A stretch of DNA of 64,000 bases from Patescibacteria group bacterium (GTDB taxonomy: Bacteria; Patescibacteriota; Patescibacteriia; UBA2196), in assembly GCA_028748975.1 (NCBI GenBank), contig JAQTPI010000001.1, forward strand, positions 64,354 through 128,353. Reading direction: 5' to 3'. Shown here piece after piece: positions 49,953 to 57,593 of the stretch (the stretch's first letter is position 1; each line of letters starts with the position of its first letter). Below the pieces are notes generated by a model that was given only the letters and a program-made list of their open reading frames with translations, made no database searches and had not been told where the DNA came from. The position numbers and the translations under genes were made by a program.

Positions 49953-51230
49953 ATGAAAAAACTTCTTGATAAAACTTTAGCCGTTTTAGCTAAAGCCATA
50001 CTAAAGAAATACCGCCCCAAAATAATCGGCATCACTGGTTCCATGGGCAAGACCTCGGCTAAGGAGGCGGTTTTCACTGTTTTGAAAGACAAATTTAATG
50101 TCCGCCAAAATATCAAAAACTATAATACTGAAATTGGCCTGCCCTTAACCATCATCGGCGCCAAATCCGGCGGCAAGAACTTTTTTAAATGGCTGTCTGT
50201 TTTTGGACGCGCCTTGTTTTTATTAATCATTAAAGATCAGAAATATCCGTCAGTTTTAATTTTGGAAATGGGCGCTGACCATCCAGGCGACATTCAGCAT
50301 CTGGTCAAAATTGCTCCTTGCGATTTGGCCATCGTCACTTCCATCGGCCCCACCCATCTGGAATTTTTTGGCTCGGTGGAAAACGTAAAAAAAGAAAAAG
50401 AAAACATTGTGGCCCACCAAAAACCCACCGCCGTTGCCATTTTGAATTTTGACGATGAATTGGTCATGGCCATGAAAAAGAAAACCCTGGCCAAAGTTAT
50501 CACCGTGGGTTTTGGCGACGGAGCTGACATTCGCGTCACCGACACCAGTTTTGGTTTGGATGAAAAGACCAAAAAACCCTATCTCACTTTCAAGCTCCAT
50601 CATGCTGGCTCCCTTGTGCCGGTCAAACTTACCAAATGTTTGGCCGCCACTCACGTTTATTCTTTTCTTTTTGCCGTCGCCATCGGCACGGAGATGGGTT
50701 TTAGCACCTTGGCCATGATTGAATTATTGAAAGATTTTCAACCGCCGCGTGGCCGCATGAATCTTTTATCCGGCATCAAACACACCGAGCTGATTGACGA
50801 TACTTATAATTCTTCCCCGAGCGCCGCGCTGGCTGCTTTGGCTGTTTTATCAAAAATGACTGCCAAAAGAAAAATCGCCGTCCTCGGCGACATGCTGGAA
50901 TTGGGCGCGGAAACGGAAACGGAACACCAAACAGTCGGTAGAAAAGTTGCGGAATTAAATTTGGATTTACTTTTGGCCGTGGGCGAACGCGCGCGCAATT
51001 TTATTGTGGGCGCTCTAGCTCTCGGCTTTGATAAAAATAAAATTTTTCATTTTGACAATGTTTCCGCCGCCGGCCAATTTTTGCAGGATAAAATGGAACC
51101 GGGTGATTTGGTTTTAATTAAAGGCTCGCAGGGCGCGCGCATGGAAAAAATTGTTAAAGAAGTCATGGCTGAGCCGGAACGCGCCAAAGAACTTTTGGTG
51201 CGTCAAGACGAGGAGTGGATGAGAAAGTGA
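49953..51230 (+). CDS. murF: UDP-MurNAc-tripeptide D-Ala-D-Ala ligase
   Basis: ITGSMGKT, LEMGA, DDTYNSSP, GDMLELG, KGSQG. Confidence 0.93.
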   Translation: MKKLLDKTLAVLAKAILKKYRPKIIGITGSMGKTSAKEAVFTVLKDKFNVRQNIKNYNTEIGLPLTIIGAKSGGKNFFKWLSVFGRALFLLIIKDQKYPSVLILEMGADHPGDIQHLVKIAPCDLAIVTSIGPTHLEFFGSVENVKKEKENIVAHQKPTAVAILNFDDELVMAMKKKTLAKVITVGFGDGADIRVTDTSFGLDEKTKKPYLTFKLHHAGSLVPVKLTKCLAATHVYSFLFAVAIGTEMGFSTLAMIELLKDFQPPRGRMNLLSGIKHTELIDDTYNSSPSAALAALAVLSKMTAKRKIAVLGDMLELGAETETEHQTVGRKVAELNLDLLLAVGERARNFIVGALALGFDKNKIFHFDNVSAAGQFLQDKMEPGDLVLIKGSQGARMEKIVKEVMAEPERAKELLVRQDEEWMRK

Positions 51231-51537
51231 CACGACAGTGTCATCCTGAGCCCCGCAAATGCGGGGCGAAGGATCTCGTTGTTGTTTAACGGCGTCGCGG
51301 CCCGTTTCGTCAGTCGTTAAAGGTTTTACGTTTAATTAAATCGTAAAACGATACGGGTGGCGACGTCGTATAACCACAACCCGTATATTCGCAAAATTCG
51401 CCGGTAATTCGCACTAATTCGAATAATTACAAAATTTGACACCTTTTTTAATTTGTCTATAATAGAATATATATAAAATAAAAATAAAAACCAGCCGTGT
51501 CTTAAAAGGCCTAAGCTGGATTTTAAAGAATAAAGTT

Positions 51538-51705
51538 ATGAAAGAATGTTCTTTTTGCGGCATGCCTCTTAAAAGCGATGCCGAAGCTGACCTTTGTGAT
51601 TTTTGCCTCAATGATGACGGCAAAGAAATGCTGGCCGCTCCCGCAGCGGAAGAGCTTGATTTGGAAAACCCGACTTCCACCGGCTGGACCGAGACAGTGG
51701 AGTAG
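51538..51705 (+). CDS. 55-aa acidic zinc-finger microprotein (not in ORF track)
   Basis: hand translation MKECSFCGMPLKSDAEADLCDFCLND...TETVE; TTGACA..TATAAT promoter near 51437-51462. Confidence 0.6.
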   Translation: MKECSFCGMPLKSDAEADLCDFCLNDDGKEMLAAPAAEELDLENPTSTGWTETVE

Positions 51706-51724
51706 TGTTTTTTGTTTTTTTAGC

Positions 51725-51773
51725 AGTTTATCCCGAGCGGCCTCCTAGGGAATTTAGGAGTCGAGGGATCTCG
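51725..51773 (+). repeat. post-stop repeat, copy 5
   Basis: AGTTTATCCCGAGCGGCC...GTCGAGGGATCTCG. Confidence 0.85.
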
Positions 51774-51966
51774 TGAAAATTTATTGTGATTTACAGTAGG
51801 AGCGAGTTTTTAACTTGCTCTTTTTTTATTCGCAAAATTCGCCCGCCTCAACTCGCGGTCGCTCATCGACGCGAGGCGGGCTCTAAATTCGCATTTATTA
51901 GCAGTTAATTTTTGGCTAAGATTAGCCAAAAAAATGAATTATTTTAAAGTTATCCACTTTTTGCTC

Positions 51967-51995
51967 TTGACAAGTTTCCCAAAGTGCGCTATAAT
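51967..51995 (+). promoter_or_regulatory. consensus sigma70 promoter of the cassette array
   Basis: TTGACA-17 nt-TATAAT. Confidence 0.85.
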
Positions 51996-52041
51996 AGAGA
52001 TAGGTAAAATAAAAATAAAAGCACCTAAATAAGAGGGAAAA

Positions 52042-52179
52042 ATGACTAAAAGTAGCTGCGTAGGATTATTTGTGGTGGTTATGGTCGCCATGGCCATGTC
52101 CATCAGCTCGCTTTTCTCCGCCAGTAAGGAGAAAACCGAGCACTCCACGACGATTGAAGTCGTCGTGACGGCCGAGTAG
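52042..52179 (+). CDS. 45-aa signal-peptide microprotein (array ORF1, not in ORF track)
   Basis: hand translation MTKSSCVGLFVVVMVAMAMSISSLFSASKEKTEHSTTIEVVVTAE; GAGGG SD. Confidence 0.55.
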   Translation: MTKSSCVGLFVVVMVAMAMSISSLFSASKEKTEHSTTIEVVVTAE

Positions 52180-52299
52180 TTTTAAGAGAATTCTAATCAA
52201 AAAGACAAACCACTTCTGTTGGGCAGGAAAAGATTTAATTTTTCTGACCCGCACCAAAATTCATCATCCGGCCGCGGAGCATTCAACATTTGCTCCGCA

Positions 52300-52394
52300 C
52301 CATTTTCCTAATCGGTAGTGATAAACTAGTGGTTAGAAAAATGGGCAAACGACCCAGAAGTTTCAGAATTTAAAACGCACCTGGCGTGTCCAGG
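52300..52394 (+). repeat. array repeat 1 (57-bp core 52300-52356 plus 38-bp extension)
   Basis: core identical to 52788-52844 and 53663-53719. Confidence 0.97.
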
Positions 52395-52418
52395 CAAAAT
52401 TAAATAAGGAGGTGATGT

Positions 52419-52730
52419 ATGAATACGGGAATAAGCGCAGGAACTTTGTTCACAATTTATTTCTTCTCTCTGATGGGGCTTCTGATTTTGATGAATCCCC
52501 GTGGAGGAAAAAAAATTGTGGCCACGGTTGGTTTCGTTCTTTTCATTTTTGGAACGACCAGCGCCTTACCCAGACTTCTTTTGCTTTTGGGCGTCAATGT
52601 GACCATAGGGGATGTTGGTCACATATTTCGGTTACAGCCAATATTCATCTGGCTGGGTTTGATTATTTATCTTGCGGGATTGTCGGTCAATACGCTTCCC
52701 AAGAAAAAAATGAAACTCGTCCGAAACTGA
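52419..52730 (+). CDS. three-TM membrane protein (array ORF2)
   Basis: TAAGGAGGTGA SD, hydrophobic. Confidence 0.75.
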   Translation: MNTGISAGTLFTIYFFSLMGLLILMNPRGGKKIVATVGFVLFIFGTTSALPRLLLLLGVNVTIGDVGHIFRLQPIFIWLGLIIYLAGLSVNTLPKKKMKLVRN

Positions 52731-52787
52731 TTCGCCCCAACATCAACCTGGCGGCGCGTCTGCGAAACATCGTAGACGCCCGCCAGC

Positions 52788-52882
52788 CCATTTTCCTAAT
52801 CGGTAGTGATAAACTAGTGGTTAGAAAAATGGGCAAACGACCCAGAAGTTTCAAAATCTAAAACGCGCCTGGCGTGTCCAGG
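52788..52882 (+). repeat. array repeat 2
   Basis: 95 bp with 3 mismatches to repeat 1. Confidence 0.97.
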
Positions 52883-52901
52883 AAATATCAAGGAGGAAGA
52901 A

Positions 52902-53603
52902 ATGAAGAAGTTGTTTGTGGTTTTAATGGCGGTCGTTATTTTGACCCCCGTGATTTGTCTTGCCGGTAGCAGTGAAAAATTCGAGCAAATTGGTGAGCCG
53001 TTTTTGATTATTGTTCCTGCGGATTACCATCACGACACCTACATGGAGTCGTTTGGTAAAAAATATAGTTCAGAATTTCCCAACTACCGTAGCTCTGGCG
53101 TGACTGCTGACAAATTCAGTCAGGTCACAACCAAGCTTTTGCCGAATCAAAAACTCGCGGTTACGGTCTACTTGGTGAAGTCCTGGACAATTTCAAGACA
53201 AGAAATCATAACATTTCTGAAAGCCAATAATGCCTTTCTCGTTGGAGCTCAGGGCTTGGCCTTGACCTTTGAACAAAAGCGTGATCAACTTCCCATAGGG
53301 TGTATCACTTCTTTTGATCAGAAAGAACACCTCTGGCGAGACATCGAAGGACACACAATGGAATTGAAGCTGTTTAAATTTGGACCCCCTAATGAATACC
53401 ATCCCGCTTTCGATTCTTGGCTTGGCCCTTCAGATGCATTAAACATCGGAGATATTTTTTTTCTTTGTTTTCGTGATGGTTTTACCGCGGTTGAAAAGAA
53501 ACAAAACGAAATCGCGGTTGAAAAGAAACAAAACGAAATCAAAGATCTGGAGGAAAAACTCGCTAAGGCAAAAGAAGAATTAGAAAGACTGAGTGGAAAG
53601 TAA
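52902..53603 (+). CDS. secreted protein with coiled-coil tail (array ORF3)
   Basis: signal peptide, AAGGAGG SD, 27-bp tandem duplication near the end. Confidence 0.8.
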   Translation: MKKLFVVLMAVVILTPVICLAGSSEKFEQIGEPFLIIVPADYHHDTYMESFGKKYSSEFPNYRSSGVTADKFSQVTTKLLPNQKLAVTVYLVKSWTISRQEIITFLKANNAFLVGAQGLALTFEQKRDQLPIGCITSFDQKEHLWRDIEGHTMELKLFKFGPPNEYHPAFDSWLGPSDALNIGDIFFLCFRDGFTAVEKKQNEIAVEKKQNEIKDLEEKLAKAKEELERLSGK

Positions 53604-53662
53604 AAATTTCGTTAACAATCAATACTGGCGCGCCTATTCTTAACAGAATAGTCCGCGCCAGC

Positions 53663-53719
53663 CCATTTTCCTAATCGGTAGTGATAAACTAGTGGTTAGA
53701 AAAATGGGCAAACGACCCA
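53663..53719 (+). repeat. array repeat 3 (core only)
   Basis: identical 57-bp core. Confidence 0.97.
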
Positions 53720-53782
53720 TTTTCCTCCTGGCCTTAGGGGGAATGTAAAAAATTACATTACAAATTTTTAGGAGGAAGATCA

Positions 53783-54022
53783 ATGATAGCTTTTGGAATC
53801 ATCGTGATGCTAATTGGAATTCTTTTTGCCCTCCTTCATTTTTTTGCCGGGGGCAACAAGAAATGTCTGTCCGTGACCGGTCTCTGTTGCGCCATCTTTT
53901 CATTGACGCCGTCATTGAAGACATGGCTCCACAATGACCCGAACGCGCTGGTATTTCAGGTCATATCTTTTCTTATCGGCGTGATTCTTTTTTTCATCGG
54001 ACTGACAGGCAAAAAAAACTGA
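53783..54022 (+). CDS. small multi-TM protein (array ORF4)
   Basis: AGGAGG SD, hydrophobic. Confidence 0.7.
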   Translation: MIAFGIIVMLIGILFALLHFFAGGNKKCLSVTGLCCAIFSLTPSLKTWLHNDPNALVFQVISFLIGVILFFIGLTGKKN

Positions 54023-54198
54023 AAACTGATCAGCCGAAATTTTCCCGAAGGAAAATTTCGGCTGATCCTTCCACTTTTGTCCCTCACATCTGGTGGGGAA
54101 TAAATAGGAAGAAAATAAAATTTTTTCCAATATAAAAAAACTTTCATAATTCATAGACCGTCTTCTGCCAAAAGCAGAGACAAGAGGAGGAAATAGTC

Positions 54199-54687
54199 AT
54201 GGAAAAGCACCTGAACAAATTATTTTGGATTTTTGTAATCATGGCGGCCTTTGCCCTTGTCTGCCGTTCCAAGCCGGCGCGGTCGCAATCCGCTTCCAAC
54301 TCCGCCGCCGCTTTGGAAAAAACCCGTCAGGCCATCGCCGTTTTGGCAACGCTTGACCGCGACAAGTCAATCACCGGCCTTTCGGAGAAATATTTTCTCT
54401 GGGAAGCCAGGGTGCGGCTGGAATTGATCAATGTTTCCGCCGGTGATCTGCGGGAACTGGTATCCGACATTGGCGCCGTCGCCAGTTGGACCAAAAGTCC
54501 CCATGGTGGAAAGATCGCCGACCTCGTCTTAGCCGAGATGGCCAAACGGGCGAAAAAAATGTCCAAAAACGAAGTATATCAATACTTCGTTAAAGACAAC
54601 AACGTCGCCTGGAAACTGGCCTATACTGGCGCCGGAAACCTGATGGAGGTCTGGGACAAGGCGGGCGTCACCGAGTATCCCGTGTAA
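54199..54687 (+). CDS. secreted helical protein (array ORF5)
   Basis: GAGGAGG SD, signal peptide. Confidence 0.75.
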   Translation: MEKHLNKLFWIFVIMAAFALVCRSKPARSQSASNSAAALEKTRQAIAVLATLDRDKSITGLSEKYFLWEARVRLELINVSAGDLRELVSDIGAVASWTKSPHGGKIADLVLAEMAKRAKKMSKNEVYQYFVKDNNVAWKLAYTGAGNLMEVWDKAGVTEYPV

Positions 54688-54707
54688 ATTTTGACAGTTT
54701 GTCTGTC

Positions 54708-54739
54708 AGGCCGTTGCATCATATGCAGCGGCCTTTTTT
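54708..54739 (+). terminator. intrinsic terminator closing the array
   Basis: AGGCCGTTGCAT-CAT-ATGCAGCGGCC-TTTTTT. Confidence 0.85.
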
Positions 54740-54904
54740 ATTTGTTTTTAATTTTATCCCTAATTACTGATTACTAATTACTTATTACTCCTCAGTTTGA
54801 CACCAATCTTTTTTCATGATAAAATGGAATTATCAAACCAAAAGAAAATTCAAAACCTAAAAAAGCCCGTCTCTACCAAACAGAGTCAAGGCAAGGAGGA
54901 AAAA

Positions 54905-55450
54905 ATGAAAAAAAGTAGCTGGCTGGTACTGTTGATGATTTTTATAGCCATTTTTCAGACAAAATTGGCGTTATCACAGAGTAGCTCTGTTTCTACATCT
55001 CAAAACATTCCGATTTTTTTGGACATTCCCGACAGCGTCGTGATAAATTTTGCCAAATCTTTGACGCCTGGTGCTCTACCACCCACTAATCCGCCGCAGC
55101 CCTGGAAAAAATGGGATATCTGGCCTGGTTATGAAAAATCATATTTCTTAAACTTTGATTATCGGCGATCAAATAACCGAATGCCGTTTATATCTTTTAT
55201 GACTAATTATGATACGGTATATTCTTATTTTATTATTTTTAGGGTTCCTAAAAATCAGATCCAACCAAAGTTTGACCCAATCCTTAATGATCGGAAAGTC
55301 CGAAGAAAAATAATCTTTCACAAAATCGGATATTGGCGTTATTGCTGCCTTTGTGGTGGCCAGGCGATGAATATCACCCCCAATCACATCGCCCGCTCCT
55401 TGGCCGATCTGGAAGGAAATTTTGAACAAGACTATTTGGCTAAACCTTAA
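54905..55450 (+). CDS. secreted hypothetical protein (islet)
   Basis: promoter 54797-54825, AAGGAGG SD, terminator near 55461-55492. Confidence 0.75.
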   Translation: MKKSSWLVLLMIFIAIFQTKLALSQSSSVSTSQNIPIFLDIPDSVVINFAKSLTPGALPPTNPPQPWKKWDIWPGYEKSYFLNFDYRRSNNRMPFISFMTNYDTVYSYFIIFRVPKNQIQPKFDPILNDRKVRRKIIFHKIGYWRYCCLCGGQAMNITPNHIARSLADLEGNFEQDYLAKP

Positions 55451-55691
55451 TAGGTTTAGCCAACCCGAAGTCTCATGACTCCGGGTTTTTTTATTTGGCC
55501 TAATGGCCTCCTACGAATTACGAATCCCGAGTACTCGGGACGAATATACGAATGACGGTTATCCCCTCCTTAATAAGGAGGGGAAAGGGGAGGTAAACTC
55601 GCCGATAGGCGCGTATTATTTCCGTTTGCTTTTTTGGTATATTTTTGGTACCATTATTTATGTTAATATGTTAAAAAGTTAAAATGCTTTT

Positions 55692-57593
55692 ATGAAGTCA
55701 AAAGATTTGCGTCGCAAATACATTGAATTTTTTAAAGCCAAAGGTCACGTCGAAATTCCTTCGGCTTCTTTACTTCCGGAAAATGATCCTTCCGTGCTTT
55801 TTACCACTGCCGGCATGAGCCCCTTGGTGCCGTTTTTGCTTGGTGAAAAACACCCGGCTGGCGCGCGTTTGGTCAATTCCCAAAAATGCATCCGCACCGG
55901 CGACATTGACGAAGTCGGCGATGGTTTTCACCACACCTTTTTTGAAATGCTCGGCCACTGGTCATTTGATGATTATTGGAAAGATGAAGCGCTGAAAATG
56001 AGTTTTGAATTTGTGACCAAAGAACTTGGCCTGGATAAAAAATATCTGGCCGTTTCTGTTTTTGAAGGCGACAAAAACGCGCCGCGCGACGATGAATCCA
56101 TTGAGGTTTGGAAAAAGTTGGGTATTGATGAAAAAAGAATAAAACCGCTACCCAAAGACAGTAATTGGTGGGAGCCAACAGGCGATAATGGCCCCTGCGG
56201 CCCCTGTACTGAAATGTTCTATTGGACCGGCGACAAAAAATTCGTGCCCGATGTTTTTGACCCGGCCGATAAAAATTGGGTAGAAATCGGCAATGATGTT
56301 TTGATGCAGTATGAAAAAGTGGGGGAGAATAAATATAAAATTGCCAAGCAAAAAAATATTGATAACGGCACCGGCTTGGAGCGTTTGCTGGCCGTGATGA
56401 ATGGTTTGGATGACGACTACCGCACTGATTTATTTTGGCCGATAATACAGAAAATTGAAGAGCTTTCTGGTAAAACCTACGACCTCACCCCCGACCCTCT
56501 CCTTGTAAAGGAGAGGGGGACCAGCGACACTGTGCGTTCTATGCGCATCATCGCCGACCACCTGCGTGCCGCTACATTTATTATGGGCGATAATCTTGGT
56601 GTGGCGTCATCTAACTTGGATCAGGGTTATGTCGTGCGCAAACTCATTCGCCGCGCTATTAGACACGGTAAATTAATTGGAATTGATAAAAACTTCTGCT
56701 CCGAAATCGCGGAAATAATTATCAATTTAATGAAAGGTGTCTATTCGGAGTTAGAAAAGAATAAAGAATTTGTGATTTCTAATATGAAAGAGGAGGAAGA
56801 AAAATTTAGAAAAACGTTAGAAAAAGGATTGAAGGTTTTGACCACTCATATGAGAGCAAGAGATAAGGGAGATATAATAAATCAAGAAAATATTCCAAAT
56901 TGTTCACCGGTAGACGGAGTCAAGGGATATGTTCCACCGGTAATAACGGGGGATTGGTTATTTGATATTTATCAGAAACTTGGTTTTCCTCTGGAATTAT
57001 CATTAGAGGAAATACAAAAGGAACAAAAAATTAATAAATTTGATTTAGAGAGAATTAAAAATGAGTTTGAAGAAGAGATGAAAAAACACCAAGATCTTTC
57101 CCGCACTGCTTCGGCCGGGAAATTCAAAGGTGGCCTTGCCAATCAAAGCGAAATGGCGATAAAATATCACACTGCCACGCACCTGACTCTGGCGGCATTA
57201 CGAAAAGTTTTAGGCGAACATGTTTTCCAGCGCGGATCAAATATCACCGACGAAAGAATGCGCCTGGATTTTTCTCATGGCGAAAAAATGACTCCGGAAC
57301 AAATCAAGCAAGTGGAAAACATTGTTAATGAACAAATCCAAAAAAACCTGCCCGTGGAATGCGAAGAAATGAATGTGGACGAGGCAAAAAATTCCGGCGC
57401 CATGGGAATTTTTGAAAACAAATATGGTGAAAGAGTAAAAGTTTATTCTGTCGGCGCGGGCGATGTTTGTTTTTCCAAAGAAATCTGCGGCGGGCCGCAC
57501 GTGGAAAATACCAGCGAGCTTGGCCACTTTAAAATTTTGAAAGAAGAAGCGAGTTCCGCTGGTGTACGTAGAATAAAAGCAGTTCTCTCCTAG
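55692..57593 (+). CDS. alaS: alanyl-tRNA synthetase (short form without C-Ala)
   Basis: FTTAGM, HTFFEMLG, GPCGPC, IADHLR, HTATH, CGGPH, GVRRI. Confidence 0.97.
   Translation: MKSKDLRRKYIEFFKAKGHVEIPSASLLPENDPSVLFTTAGMSPLVPFLLGEKHPAGARLVNSQKCIRTGDIDEVGDGFHHTFFEMLGHWSFDDYWKDEALKMSFEFVTKELGLDKKYLAVSVFEGDKNAPRDDESIEVWKKLGIDEKRIKPLPKDSNWWEPTGDNGPCGPCTEMFYWTGDKKFVPDVFDPADKNWVEIGNDVLMQYEKVGENKYKIAKQKNIDNGTGLERLLAVMNGLDDDYRTDLFWPIIQKIEELSGKTYDLTPDPLLVKERGTSDTVRSMRIIADHLRAATFIMGDNLGVASSNLDQGYVVRKLIRRAIRHGKLIGIDKNFCSEIAEIIINLMKGVYSELEKNKEFVISNMKEEEEKFRKTLEKGLKVLTTHMRARDKGDIINQENIPNCSPVDGVKGYVPPVITGDWLFDIYQKLGFPLELSLEEIQKEQKINKFDLERIKNEFEEEMKKHQDLSRTASAGKFKGGLANQSEMAIKYHTATHLTLAALRKVLGEHVFQRGSNITDERMRLDFSHGEKMTPEQIKQVENIVNEQIQKNLPVECEEMNVDEAKNSGAMGIFENKYGERVKVYSVGAGDVCFSKEICGGPHVENTSELGHFKILKEEASSAGVRRIKAVLS

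Noticed and set aside
8313-51959. Replication origin suggested by DnaA-like boxes
   Set aside because: The boxes are dispersed singly, with no cluster and no dnaA or dnaN
52412-52861. 149-aa ORF overlapping array ORF2 and repeat 2
   Set aside because: The SD fits the 52419 start, and this frame runs through a non-coding repeat
52902-53603. Diversity-generating retroelement
   Set aside because: No reverse transcriptase and no adenine-variant template repeat seen in the window
52300-53719. CRISPR array interpretation of the three identical repeats
   Set aside because: Spacers are 431 and 818 bp and contain whole ORFs; the repeat is 57 bp; no cas genes are present
51967-54739. Classical integron
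   Set aside because: No IntI gene in the window and no attC-type RYYYAAC/GTTRRRY ends; kept only as an analogy
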